DNA from: Tubiluchus corallicola
Lineage: Eukaryota; Animalia; Priapulida
DNA: 64,000 nt
Direction: 5' to 3'
Assembly: GCA_030141605.1 (NCBI GenBank)
Contig: JAQGDQ010000491.1
Span: 102,249-166,248, forward strand
Below the pieces are notes generated by a model that worked only from the letters and a program-made list of their open reading frames with translations, was not told where the DNA came from and ran no database searches. Shown here one piece after another: positions 1-39,900 of this stretch; the first letter of the stretch is position 1; each line of letters starts with the position of its first letter. The translations under genes were made by a program, and so were the position numbers.

Positions 1-81
1 CAATTTTGAAATATTTATATTATTTATAACTAATTTTCGTTATATGTAATATAATATTTAATTAACTGTATATTTTTTCAG

Positions 82-5395
<5,314 letters not shown>

Positions 5396-7595
5396 GCAAT
5401 GCTGATTTTTCACAACTAATGACGTATAATTGATTCATGCTAGCTGATGTTTTATGGCTGATACTGCTAGCCATTTGACGCTGTTGGGTTGTGTAACTAA
5501 ATGTGTTTTCTTGGCAGCTGTATTAGAGATGAGTCTGGATAACTTTTCATTTTTCGCGAAATTTAATATTTAAATAAGTTATTGCTATTGTAGAATCATT
5601 TTAATGGGCAGAGATAGTTTATCGTGTTTACTTGTTTGAAATTTTTAATGTTACTCGACTCGTCGAGTTTTTAAATGGCTGTTACATTATAATCGTGATG
5701 TTTTTGATTCATTACAGCTAGAAATAAATCAGGAATTCATTTTAATTTAGGGTTTTAGTTTGTACTGGCTTAACTTTTCCTGCTTTTACTTTTTACAACG
5801 TGTACCGTCCAAGAATTAAGACAGTGGCAAATTCTCTATGCTGTAATTTCTCAAGATTGTATTTAATTACAAGTTTGGTTGTAAATCATTTTGTTTTTAC
5901 TGTTTACAGTTACGGTTGGAAATATGGTTATGTATTAATGTTTTAAAGTGATTTGTTTATCCATATGTTTACTGAAATGCTCTTATGTGCCTTGATAAAG
6001 TAATAATGTTGTATTATTAAATGTAATCATATTCATTCTGAGGGTTTTATCGTTGTCTCGCTAATGATATATAAAAATGAGAAAGTTCGTGAAGAGATCT
6101 TGTAGAAAATAACAATTATTTTTATTTATAAAGATTTTTGATTAACGTTAAAAGTCTATAGTGCCTTTATTAATTCCATCCACATTGTTAGCATGTTGGA
6201 TTAACAGCATTTTTCTTTACTGAATATGCATGCGTAATCTTGATATTCAAATTTATTTCTCTGTTAATTGTATAAAAGTAATAATGGTATACCAAGTGTT
6301 GATTGTTGAACAATGGTCATGTATTGCATGTTGATTTGTAACCAGTAAGAAAATTCTTTTTCATGATAGTCCCTAAAACAAAATGGCCTGACAAGATTTA
6401 CTACTTGCGGAGAAATTTGTTTTCTTGCATTCTGGATGGAGAGCTTGCTAACGGCATCCCATTTTACTCTATTTCAAATTTTATTAACGTAAAAACGCAT
6501 TATCGTGAAAAGTTTTTCATAATTTGTAGGAAAATGTTAACTTCTTTAGTGCTGATGTACTTGGGTATTTTGCTAGCAAGATTTTCAGTTGCCTGATTAC
6601 ACAAAAAGGATAATAAAACATCTTAATAAATTTCACGCTTGAAATTGTTTCGTTTAATTGCCTTTTTATTTGATTCCCCAAAAAAAATCTGAAAAAGATA
6701 TTGTGAATTAATAAGATTTTAACTGCACGGCTAAGTGTGGTTAAGCATGTTTGCTGCAGTGCTTGGCCAAAATCACTCATCAATGTTCAGATAGAACACT
6801 ACCTGAACAGTAGAATTTTATTGCAAATACTATATGGATCAGCTGAGAAAGTATAATATTGTCTTTTGTTGAGGAGGGAAATGTGTGCACATCTAAAAGC
6901 AACTAAGATACATTTGCTGCATCAGTATCTCACTTCAATTAAAACTTCTATTATGCTGTTTTAGTCCAACAATAGCAACTCAGTATATTACTCCGAGGAC
7001 TTCATTCTTGACTGCTGGTTCCAACTCTTATCCTGATCCTTCGTTTCTTACGTAGCTTAATCAATGGACTTTTCGGAGGGCAGTTGCCTGAGCATGGCTG
7101 TCGAAATCGCCACGTCTTAAAGTGCCATTTTAGTTTTATGAAAGTTACGCCAATGAATGGTAAATAGAATGTTGATGAAAACATGATGATACATAGAAAT
7201 CAATTATCAAAAGTGTGATCTAGCTTTTAATTAATATACAATAATGGCTTGTTCTTTTTAATAAAATGTTCGCATTTTAATTCTTTTTTCATTTACTAAT
7301 CTTGTTTCCGTTTTTAAATTCTTCCTTCTAATTACTTCTCCTGATTAATTTAGATTATTTGAGGAATGGATAGTTCTGTTCATCCAAGAGATTGAAAAGT
7401 TAACTGTCACTAGCGTTGGCTGCATTATTCGACTTTTTAACGTTTTGTGTTACTACAATTATTACGATTGCACCATTGCTAGTTTTCAAATGAATTGGCA
7501 ATCGTCACGATAATCTATGAAATCAGTGATATTCACACCAGAATTCATATATTCGTAATAAAAACATTGTTACATTGAAAGATATTTTATAAAGT

Positions 7596-9209
7596 ATATA
7601 TATATATATAATATATAATAATCTTTATTTGCCATTAAAAACATTGATAATCACTGATAAAAACTTTATAGAGATAATCAATCAGTGTTAGTTAATAAAA
7701 ACTTACACTGCTGAAGGCAAATGCGTCAGTGCAATCTAAACTACTGTACAATAAAATCAAACATATTTACAACTATACACAAAAAAATATAAAAAAAAAC
7801 TATGATTTAATTAATATGGCCGTGGGTATATGAATTCGGAATTAGTGTGTATGTTGTCGTACTGGTGTGATGGTATTTCATATCTGGTTGATATTAGTGA
7901 TTTTAATTTTGTTTTAAATGCTGATAGGGACTTGATTTGTTTAACCTGTAATGGTAGAGAATTCCAAAGTAAAATCGCTTGTTTGATTACAGAGTTCGTT
8001 CCATAGTGGGTATTTGTCCTAATTTGTTTTAGATTGTTTGTTCTGGAATTAACGATAGGATTTGGAAAAAAGGTAAATCTGTTATTCTGGAATGGTTTGC
8101 TGATGTTGTTAATGTATTTAAATATAAAAAGCAGAGTAAAATATTCTTTGTGTGCTTCAATGATTGGGAATTTTAAAGTTTTTCTCAGGTTAGTTGTTGA
8201 AGCTTTGAATTTTTGTCTACCTGCCTTGTGTTTGTATGAGTACCCAGCTATCAATCTCAACGCATAGTTTTGAAGGAGATTTAATTTTAAGTAATTTTCT
8301 CTTTTGGTTTTTTGAAGTAGCGTACATCCATATAAGAAGTGTGGTAGAACTAAAGTTTTATATATTAGTGTTTTAGTTTCCTTTGTTAGTTGCCCTTTAA
8401 CTTGTCGGAGATATGATGTGCTAGATGCCATTTTTGTGTATATGTTATTAAAGTGATCATCCCATGAAAGATTATTGTCTACTTGTATGCCCAGGAATTT
8501 AACATTGTTAGTTTGTTTGATTACAGCATTATCTATTGTCAAAGTGGTTGATGATGCATCATTAGTATTTAATGAGGGTGACAGTATCATGAATTCTGTT
8601 TTGTCATTATTCATTTTTAGCTTGTAATGACTAAATGCCATATTTATATTTTTTATATCTTCTTCTAAATAATTTTTTGCAGTTTGGACATTTTCATGGG
8701 CTATGTAGATTGTAGTGTCATCAGCGTATTGCGTTATTTGTGAGTGTTTCAATACACTGGATATGTTGTTTATATATAGGCAAAATAATAACGGACCTAG
8801 TAGTGTTCCTTGCGGTATACCTCTGTTTAACGTGGCCCAGTCAGAAAAGTTGGTTGTATCTAACTTTACTCGTTGTTGTCTATCTTTGAGATAATTTTGT
8901 ATCAGTTTTAACGATATCGAATCTAATCCGATTTGTTTTAAATTATCGTAAAGTAGTTCGTGATTAATGCTATCGAAAGCTTTACTTAAATCCAAAAATG
9001 CTGCTAAAATGTATTGCTTGTTGTCTAAACTATGTCTCCAATTTTCTGTTGTGTGTATTAGGGCGTCAATGGTTGAATGGTGTTTACGGAAGCCAAACTG
9101 ATGTTTTGATAAAAGTTCATGTTTATTTACATATGAATTTATCTGATCATAAATTACCCTTTCCCAAACTTTGCCGAAACAATGGATTACGGAAATTGGG
9201 CGATAATTC
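7596..9209 (-). mobile_element. 5'-truncated non-LTR retrotransposon (CR1/L2-group LINE) with uninterrupted reverse-transcriptase ORF (stop at 7811), 3' UTR, AATAAA and (TA)n-like tail
   Basis: ORF 7811-9283 carries NYRPIS, QFGFR, FLDLSKAFD, GIPQGTLLGPLLF, YADD, KFLG and a CR1/L2-type ending LWNSLP...FKTKLK. RT-like sequence starts abruptly at NYRPIS (about 9209) and there is no endonuclease domain. Confidence 0.92.
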
Positions 9210-9283
9210 AAGTGAACGGGCTCGAGCATTATAAAATTTCCAATGTATCTAATTACGTAATAGAAATAACTCTCGAAAAACAT
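7811..9283 (-). CDS. LINE reverse transcriptase ORF (partial ORF2; the first ~25 codons are probably flanking DNA)
   Basis: 490-aa open frame with the RT motifs PQG and YADD. Confidence 0.85.
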   Translation of the reverse strand: MFFESYFYYVIRYIGNFIMLEPVHLNYRPISVIHCFGKVWERVIYDQINSYVNKHELLSKHQFGFRKHHSTIDALIHTTENWRHSLDNKQYILAAFLDLSKAFDSINHELLYDNLKQIGLDSISLKLIQNYLKDRQQRVKLDTTNFSDWATLNRGIPQGTLLGPLLFCLYINNISSVLKHSQITQYADDTTIYIAHENVQTAKNYLEEDIKNINMAFSHYKLKMNNDKTEFMILSPSLNTNDASSTTLTIDNAVIKQTNNVKFLGIQVDNNLSWDDHFNNIYTKMASSTSYLRQVKGQLTKETKTLIYKTLVLPHFLYGCTLLQKTKRENYLKLNLLQNYALRLIAGYSYKHKAGRQKFKASTTNLRKTLKFPIIEAHKEYFTLLFIFKYINNISKPFQNNRFTFFPNPIVNSRTNNLKQIRTNTHYGTNSVIKQAILLWNSLPLQVKQIKSLSAFKTKLKSLISTRYEIPSHQYDNIHTNSEFIYPRPY

Positions 9284-9436
9284 TCCGTTTCTGGACCTCC
9301 AATTCCTTGTCTAAGTTTCACTGCAAAGAGTAAATGCGAACAGTGTCAGAACCATTGTCTTCTCCGTCAACCTAAAGTCTTTTGAGCTACGTAGTGCTTC
9401 AACTAAGTTTTATTTCTCATTTATTAGGTTCATGGG

Positions 9437-9833
9437 TAGGGGTGAGCATTCTCTATCAGAAAGCAAACTCGAATGGAATCGAATTTGTGACTTTCGAATT
9501 CGAATCGAACCGAATTTCAGTATTTTGAATCTGAATCGAATTCGAATTGAGTTTAAGATTTTCGAACCAGTAGTAAAAAGTGGCCTTACAAAAATCATGC
9601 ATATTTCTTGATTTTGTTCTGCAGTAAAAGCACTATTAATTTGTTAAAAATTCGGCACAGAAACTGCAGCTAAATGGTCCTAATTTACATGCTATAGTAT
9701 TTCAAACATTTTATTGGTGAAGAACGTATGTGGCTGAAGTGCTGAATTATTCGAATCTATAATTTTAGGTTCGAATCGAATTCAAATAAAAAAACCCCAT
9801 TCGTCGAATTCGAACGTTCGATGCTCACCCCTA
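9437..9833. mobile_element. hAT-type MITE with TCGAA-rich subterminal repeats
   Basis: TIRs TAGGGGTGAGCA / TGCTCACCCCTA. The 8-bp flanks TTCATGGG (9429-9436) and TTCATCAG (9834-9841) match at 6/8, consistent with a decayed 8-bp TSD. Confidence 0.8.
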
Positions 9834-9909
9834 TTCATCAGACCTTAATTTACATATTGCTTGAATTTACTGCACTCATTTACGCAAAATGTCAGTAGTT
9901 AATTTCGTT

Positions 9910-10110
9910 TGTTATCATCATCATTACTGTCATGGCTGTTGTCGCCCTCGTCCTTATCGTAGTCATCATATCGTCACATTTATCAGCAACGTTCACCACC
10001 GTCATCATCGCTACCACAAGCATCACAACACTCTCGTTCATCGTCCCAACATCACCATCGTCGCTTCCGTGGTCCTGGAGGCAATATATTGCTCTTGTCA
10101 TTATCAGGGC
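9910..10110. repeat. Degenerate (CAT/CGT)n low-complexity tract
   Basis: Repeated catcat/cgtcat/caccat triplets; source of the His-rich spurious ORFs. Confidence 0.7.
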
Positions 10111-10523
10111 AAGTAATTGCCATTGTACGAAAGTTATGATTGCGTCTATCACATTTTTATTTCTCTTTATCAGCCACTGTTTATGTTAAAATCAACGGCT
10201 TATAGGCAAAATTTTACGAAATTTGTCTAGATGCTTATTTCAAAGATGGTTTCGTCTTCATTATTGAACTAAAACAACTTACTTACCTACTTACTTAGCT
10301 TGTTACTACCTACCTACCTACCTACTTACTTACTTGCTTAATTAATTAATTCATTATTTATATTTACTTACTTATTTACATACTTCCTTGTTTGGTTACT
10401 TACTTGCTTACATATTACATATAAAATTTAGTTCTGTAATTCGTTGACATTAATTGATTTAAACACCAAGAGAAATAAATACAGCAATACAAATTTCATA
10501 AACACTGATTAAAAAAACCATGT

Positions 10524-13204
10524 TCAGTTCTGCTCGCCTAAAGTTTTATTTAAAATCTCTTCTCGAATTTTCCATTGCCGTTGCTGTAACTCTTTTGTAA
10601 ACGGCATTTCAGTTTTTGTTATATCTATGCAGTATGGAGGAGCATTCTCTTGCAATATATAACTTGACACTTTGGTATTTTTTTCCAAAAGCCGCTTATC
10701 CTTTGCCTTTGTACCAGGAATAGATTTTTTTATGCAAGTTCTGTAAACGTCTTCTCTTCTGGTGCGAAGTGTTGCCACATCTCTCGCCATTCTCTCCTTT
10801 CCATACGCATGCACTTTCTTATCAAACATATCTAAAAATGTCCTATATAGCTTTGTATCACCCAAGCTCCACTCTTCTATCCTCTGAATTAATTCTTTGG
10901 TTAAGTTGTGTTTTAATTGATCTTTTCTCATGTTTTTTCTGATCACTATAACTTCGTCCCACTCCCAGCACAAGAGATCTCTTAACAGTACTAGTGATTC
11001 ATCGAAACGTTCGGCAATCATAACCAAATCAAACTGAATCTTTATCTCGTCTATTTTACGTGATATCATTTGCTTGTCTCTTAAATATTTGTACTCCAAG
11101 CCGAAATATTGAAGCATGCTGTTTTGAACCGGTGGAACACCGCGGCAAACTTTTTGAATTTTGTCAATCGAGCTGGCATATTTTTGCGGTTCTTCTATAA
11201 ACACAAGAAAATCTACCCCAAACCTTCCCTTTGTGCTGTATCCGAAGTAAGTATACAATGATTCCAACACCATAGCGGGATGCCGTAGGATTGTCACAAA
11301 CTTTGCCTTTGGCATGATGCTCTTCATTTTCTCATACGAGAAGCCATACAGATGGTGACACAAAATGTTATAAATTGCCGCAGGATGAGGTATGATCAAG
11401 TTTTTTTTTAAACCTTGACGAAAACTGCCGATCATGTTCAAACGTCGAGGCAGTAAGAAGGAAAGATTGTGGTTTTTGCCGTAGCGCATAAACACATTCT
11501 GTAAAGCACTACTGGCACACTTATGTTGCTTTAGAAAAAACACGTTATTAATCGGTAAACACTTTTGTGACTCGTCATAATCCGCCACGATCCGTTTGTT
11601 GTGTTTGTCTAATACTCTAGAAAACTGTTCTTGTCGATTGTCATTCACCACTGCTACTGGTTGACTGAAATATACGAAAGTTTATTTTATAAGTAATATT
11701 AGGCCTATAATCACAGGTACTGACATTTTGTTTTGACAGGTTGGTTAGTAAGCTACATAAGTGTATTTAATATGGCGATTAAGTCTGCTGCCAGTGTGAC
11801 ACCGATCTGGGAGGGAAATTTTACTTGATATTTTTATTATATAAAATATAATAATCACTGTGTTATTCCAATGCTTATTTATAGTTTCATTTTATTTCAG
11901 ACATTTACTGTCAACAGAACCATAAAAACAAGGCACAAGTAAAAACAGAGATTTAGTTTATGGAAACATAGTAAGCCTATATACAAGAAAGGGTTAGTTA
12001 GAATGGGTAAATAAAATTCTTTGTCGCGACTTAAAAATGTTCGATCTAAAAACTGTATCAGCAAAGTGTATACTTTGGTATCAGTATTGTTAAGCAAGTT
12101 ATTAGTAACAGTATTCTGACTCAAGGACAACCTACTTGTTAGATTAAACGCAGCTTTCCAACGTATGCATGAAAAACTTGCTTCATTGCAGATAACATAT
12201 GTTTGGCTTGCACTACAGCCACTAGGAAGATTAAAAAGTCATCTAATAGCACTATTATAGGTAATTCGCATTCTTCTAACAATATTTCCTTTATCATGAT
12301 TAAACAGAGACTATCGCAATAATACTGTATACAGAAGATTACAAAAAGGCTTCTCTTAATATCAACAGAACAGCTTTTGAACATCCTAATAATACAATTG
12401 GCTCTCGCACATAATAAACCATGCTGATGTTTAATATCAAGATCGTCTTGTAATGTGTTGGTCAAGATGCGACCCAAATATTTCTGGTCATTACTACAAT
12501 CATTTATTATACCTTACCGGCATTCACACAAAAATCACATGATCTGATGTCCCTCTTGCGATACACACTTTCTAAGTACTTATTCTTTCAAATAAACCAG
12601 CATCTAGTTTGGCCACTCAGTTAGTAGAAAACTAGAAGAGAACTCGTACGTTGCAACTTCGCGTCTGAGGTAATTTCATGAATTTATTTTAAATTGCCAG
12701 AGCTTTCTCTACTTATCAAATAGTGAACAAATTGGAATTATCGCCAATAATATAGATTTGCATGGAAAGTTTTTTGGAACATAATTTAACCTTGCCTTTT
12801 CTTCCTCTGGTTTACGTTTGCGTAGGTGACGTCATGCAATGGCGCCGTCAGGACAGTTTTGCAGGAGATTTAACATGAAAACAAACAAAAATTCCTTTCA
12901 ACGTGAGTACGATATACGTACGCATAAAACTGCTATAAAGTAATATAATTTTAAGGCGATTTTTCTGAAACCTACTCCAGGTACCTCTTTTCTTGTCCAT
13001 TAAGTGAATGTAATAACAACGTCGTTAACATTGTGATGGCTTTGTAAAACCGGCCCCAGGTAAATTTTGGTATAAAATTACTAATAAGTAAATGAACCAG
13101 TATACAAACCTGATATTAAGTAAAATAAAAGCCACGCATGCCAAACACACAATAGCGATTGTCACACATTGAGTTGGTTTGTTTGACGACTTGTTTTGAT
13201 TCAT
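10524..13204 (-). CDS. Galactose-3-O-sulfotransferase family (GAL3ST/cerebroside sulfotransferase-like), type II Golgi membrane protein, about 411 aa. Coding exons 13204-13110 and 11664-10524.
   Basis: Exon 1 encodes MNQNKSSNKPTQCVTIAIVCLACVAFILLNI (short tail plus signal anchor) and ends AG|GTTTGT. It joins in phase 2 to TTTCAG|TCAACC, in frame with the 375-aa ORF, which has VFFLKQHKCASS (5'-PSB-like), FVTILRHP...S (3'-PB-like), FDLVMIAERFDESLVLLRDLLCW and D..LY. Confidence 0.9.
11885..12490 (-). mobile_element. Decayed LINE 3' fragment in the sulfotransferase intron
   Basis: YLGRILTNTLQDDLDIKHQHGLLCARANCIIRMFKSCSVDIKRSLF...YCDSL resembles the post-RT region of non-LTR ORF2. It is frameshifted and ends near an AATAAA at about 11890. 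Confidence 0.7.
12880..13003 (-). mobile_element. Terminal fragment of TTAA transposon family A
   Basis: Reverse complement aligns by eye with 739-850 (TTAA-GGACAAGAAAAGAGGTACC...GTAGGTTTCAGAAAAA). Confidence 0.7.
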
Positions 13205-13307
13205 ACTCCCATTATGATAAGTAGCAGAACTCCATTAGTAAAGTCAGGTGCACATCGTAGTAGTTTATGCTAATCTGCGAAGATCACAAAAGCAGATTCT
13301 TTTGTTC
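13201..13307 (-). promoter_or_regulatory. 5' UTR part of sulfotransferase exon with three short uORFs
   Basis: Acceptor TTTCAG|GAAC at 13307, then ATG TGC ACC TGA (13255-13244), ATG GAG TTC TGC TAC TTA TCA TAA (13235-13212) and ATG GGA GTA TGA (13212-13201), the last overlapping the main ATG at 13204. Confidence 0.55.
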
Positions 13308-15722
13308 CTGAAACACGAGAATATACAGTTCTTCAGTACATGGCTTCTGACTGTGTGTCTATGCAATACTGTCTATAAGGTATATACACAAATCTCCTTT
13401 CTCGTCCATAAGTTTCTTACGGTCTCCCTGGCACTCTCTCTGCCTTTTGGTGTTTTTCTATATCCCATTTCAATGAACCCTGCTATGCTTGCTCATGGTC
13501 TTAACAACACAACGGGCAATTAAAAACTTAACTTCACTAAAACTTTTCCAATTCACTATGACAGTTAATACTAGCAGTCAATGCACTGCAATTATCTAAA
13601 TTCTAAAACTCGAAATCCAGCACAATCATTAAATAACAATAAGCCTAACATTCTACGAAATTTGTTTGCTAATTCACTCACAACTTAAAACTGATAAACG
13701 AGTTCACCGTACAAGTGCTTGAATTTAAATTGCTCACATCCGAAGTGAACGTGCGTTATGGTTACGATGACAGTTCATTTAATATGCTCGATACTATTGG
13801 CATTGAATGGAATGATTTACTGAAATGCAACGTGTTTCTCATGTGGTCACTATACTTTGATCAATTATTAAGCGAAAACCTTTACGTAAAATAGTTTAAT
13901 CAGTGTATTAGTACTGCATGTAGTACTCCACTCTTAAAGTATCTCTGGAAAAAACACAAAACCGTTGTGTTAGACTAGCTGAAGACGCTGACCTTTCTAC
14001 GATATCAACTCTGGAACAACGGAGAGAGACCACTGACCTTATCAATTGTTGTAAGATAATCAATGGAGTATCCATCTCCTTTAGCATGATTTTTTCACGC
14101 CCCCCTAGACCCCTCCGTGGGCACGTTCCAAACTATTTGTTCCTAAATCACGAACCAATGTTTGATCAACTTTTTCGCTTCTCGCGTCATCGACCCTTTA
14201 AACAAATTGCCAATGGCAACCATTCAAGCACAATCTGTCAACAGTTTCAAATCGTGCTTGAGAATGGACCGTAACCGAGTTCAATTCTAGGTCTCTATGA
14301 TTTTGAAAAGTAAGATTAGGTCTACGTCACTGTGTGAGTTAACTGTCCTTATTTCAGTTCCTTTGCTACTTATACATTATTTTATTATGTTAACTAGTAC
14401 GTTTTTCCGTCTTCAAATTGCTTCTAAATTTAATACCGAGTGTTTCAAAAGTCATTTACTAATTTGATTTTCCTGTTTTGTTTGCTACTAATTCAATAAG
14501 GCCATTCAACTTGCGGTAAATTCTTACTAAGCGCTGAGTTTTTTTTAGTCTACATTTGAAATTGTGCTGTTTTCTACTGCTAGCATGCTAATCTAGAGCA
14601 AAGGTGTAAAATCGAATGGGATGCTCGCTCGCCAGGTCATGCACCATGTTACATTTCTATGAAGCTACATTAAGAGCAGAGTGTAAGCGACCAAGCTGCA
14701 AGACTTCCCCGCGCTAGAAGAACAGACAAGTAATGCATGTGCTGCTGTTGCTACCGAAATACTGCCCAATGTCGATTGGCCACGGATGCATAAAAGGTGA
14801 CTTAGTTTGTTTCAAAAAAGATGTTGCTCACAATCAGGTCTTCTAGTGACTTTTCAGTAGACTTGTGAAACCAAGTTTCGTGTAACCTAAATTCTAACTG
14901 TGAATCATAAACTTAGCAACCAAATCGCCATGTTGTTCCTCTTGTAACTGCTATTTTAGCAAACTCTTACGTATGAAACGTTCAGTATATTTGGAGAATG
15001 GATTATCTCAAGTTGTCCATGTACTCGGGGCAATAACATATAACGTAATATGAAACTTATTTTCAGTTGTTTTTAAAAATAAAAAACATTAACCATGGCA
15101 GCCACTTTACGACAAAATGAAGACAAAATTAAATAAAGCCAACCTCTATAAAATTGTGTCAATTCACAAACTGCATGCCATTCTTATATGCCTAAAACAT
15201 TGACTGGAATTCGTTTATGGCTAGCCAAATATTCAATAATTGGAAATTGCTGGTTTTTCTCAGAAGTTATACTACAGAAAACCTATGATTTTCTGCTTTG
15301 CTGTTTTGCTACCAAAACTACCAACTAAACTATTATTTTTGAGTGAAACTATTTTTTAGCGAAGCGCATGATTTCCGAGCTGTTTCTGAATAAAACACAG
15401 GATTTTTTTAGTGAAATTGTAGTTTCAAAGCAAAACCATGATATCCGAAGTGAAACTGGGGTTTGACAGCACAATCTTAGTTTTTTGTAAGAAAAGTTGA
15501 TTTTCTTATGAGAAATTAAATCTTGCTGGTAAAAACAAGGTATTTCTATTTACTAGGCATCTTGCTTGCTAAGCGTTAGCCTGCATTTCATTGCTGCTTT
15601 GTCTACTGCTACCACTTGTCTCCATGGATTTATTTTCTCATTCATTCATTCATTCATCTATTCAATAATTAATTCATTCATTCATTACATCACTCGTTCA
15701 TTGCTTCAGTTACTCCATAAAA

Positions 15723-15926
15723 TAGACTTTCAGATATCAGCTGCAAGAATTAGTGTTGCGGTTTTACATTTGTAATAATTATAATACTGTACTAAATAAT
15801 ATATTATAGTTTTTGCAATAAAACCATGTTATATACAAACTATAATATATTATATAGTACAGTATTATAATTATTACAAATGTAAAACTGTAACACTAAT
15901 TCTTACAGCTGATATCTGAAAGTCTA
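15723..15926. repeat. Near-perfect palindrome with about 90-bp arms and about 20-bp spacer (foldback/MITE-like)
   Basis: TAGACTTTCAGATATCAGCTG...ATATATTATAGTTT / AAACTATAATATAT...CAGCTGATATCTGAAAGTCTA. Confidence 0.9.
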
Positions 15927-15993
15927 AATGGATTAGTCAAATATAAATATATATATATATATATTTGATGTTTATGCCCCACTGGCATATGCA

Positions 15994-16620
15994 TATGGGA
16001 TGGCTCAGAAAAAATGTGCCGAAGTTTAGACTACAATAACATTAGAAGCAATGCCTTACAAAGTTGAAATTTCACACCATGGTATTACAATACAATGCAC
16101 TCTTTTGTCTGTGAAAATTACAAGTTTATAGTTTTAGTGGTTTTTAAGACATCCAAAAAGTTCTTGCCTATTAAAAGTTTAAATGTCGGAACAATTCCAC
16201 TTGATCGTAAATTGAAGAACAGCCGAGCTGGAGTATAAAACACTCAATACAAGCCAGCAAAATATTAAAAAAATTAAATCAACCAGTTTATATCATTGTT
16301 TTCACCACAAAACATAAGCACTGACAAAAATTTGTTATCAACAAAAGTGGCACTTAATCCTCTGGACTACAGAACTGGTAATTCCCTTAATGAGCTGATG
16401 TAGGACAGTCAAACGGAGCCATTTGATGTAGAGTAACTAAAGGTTAGTTGCCTTCATCTAGTAACTCTGGTTTGCATTGAAAATGGTGGACTCATAGAAC
16501 ACCTGCTGCAAATTTTAACAATAGAACACAAAATATTTTTTGTTTACTTTTTGACGTTTTATTTTAGAAATTCTGTAACTTTTGGAATATCAAAGAAACT
16601 GACTAAAATTTTTGAGATTT
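15994..16620 (+). mobile_element. Possible internally deleted Tc1/mariner-superfamily remnant; boundaries approximate
   Basis: 16473-16511 translates CIENGGLIEHLLQ, resembling the C-terminal C...GG.FEHLL motif of mariner/maT-type transposases. Confidence 0.45.
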
Positions 16621-17798
16621 ATACAAGTTCGCCCGCAACGTCAGTGTGACAATTTTCAAGCAATTCCGTTATCTAAATGAAGACATTTTGTTTTTTTTAC
16701 TTACCTAAGCGTTTCTTTTTCTTACCACTTTCCTACCATTTTCAATTTTAAAACTTTTCAAATTTTACTATTTTTTAAACAAATCCGAAGGTAGTTCCAC
16801 TTGGATAAGTCGTCCCATTTATCACATGTAGGAATGTTCAGTTTGTATATATATAGTTAATGTAAAATTATATCAGTTTATAATAGAAAAGGTTGTCACA
16901 ATCTCTCTTCTTTTACGGCTGGCGTTACATAAAATTGCCATAAGACGAGTTTTACTGCTCCACTGCGGAAGTGCGAATAATTGCCTAATGAGTATACCTG
17001 TTTTATGAGTAAACTTGAGTAACACTAAGTCAATGACACCTGGCTATTACTGTCCATTTTGCTGGCGAGAGCTAATGACCATCAACTGAATCTGCGAATT
17101 TAAATTAGCCAACTGAACTTAAATTAGCTTAGTGGTCAGAAACTAGCAATTGATGCTGTTTCGTTGTTTAGGCCTTGCATGGTAATTTCATTATTAACTC
17201 GGATTAAGATATAGTTTGGGATTTGAATTAGGGGAAGATTTTTCTAGATCATGGAACTGCGTGTATTTTACGTCGATACTGTTATTATCATAAACTTCTG
17301 TCTCTTATATGATCTTTGATTTCTTCAACAAGGAACTAAATGTAATCATAAATTTAAAAAAAATATTTTGAAAACAAATTCAAACAATTTTTGCAGGTTT
17401 TCATTAAATTTTATAAATAAATATAGTACAGCAAAACAAATAATTTAACTCAAATCTTATTTTTGTAATAAAATTAATTTTAAATAAACATCAATACGAC
17501 CATATTCAGCCTGAAACAAAATGTCAAATATACATTTCCGAAAATTTATTAACAATAATTGACCGTAAATGAAACATACACTTATAAGAATAATTTACGT
17601 AACAATACAATAACATCTAGGTCTATTCATATGTTTGTTTAGGCCTATAGGTTTACTTCTACAAACAAATAAAGCAACACAAGCTATAAGACGTATCTGT
17701 GATGCACTGATTGACAAATGGTGGAATGTTTACTCTACGAAAGTTTGTGAACAACATGCAACGGCAATGTTACATAGGCAATATGGACTTGCATAAAA

Positions 17799-39600
<21,802 letters not shown>

Positions 39601-39699
39601 CGGTACTTTGCTGGCGTAACTCTGGTAGCAGTTTGCCTTCTCCGTTACCTGGTAGCTGCTAATCTAACTTCTACTCTTTGATCTCTTGCTTGCTGGCTG

Positions 39700-39900
39700 G
39701 TCTCCACCAGCAACCTTCAGTCGGCCTTCTCTTTATTGCTTGGGAAAACTGCAGCTGGGAGGCGGCGATTTCCTGCACGCTGATTGGCTGGAAGGATCCG
39801 AGTGGTTGGGATGACGAGGTGTAAAACCACTAAGCGCTTTTTAGTAATTCTTTAGGCGGTCGTCAAGCTCGCGCACTTTTGTGTAATCAAGGCGATTAAG
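39700..39900 (-). promoter_or_regulatory. Candidate promoter of the NR2E gene
   Basis: GC-richer island with CAGCCAATCAGC (NF-Y-type CCAAT box, about 39779-39790) roughly 180 bp upstream of the predicted ATG at 39600. Confidence 0.5.

Noticed and set aside
7592-9213. AAGT as target-site duplication of the LINE
   Set aside because: Four bases in AT-rich DNA is not distinguishable from chance.
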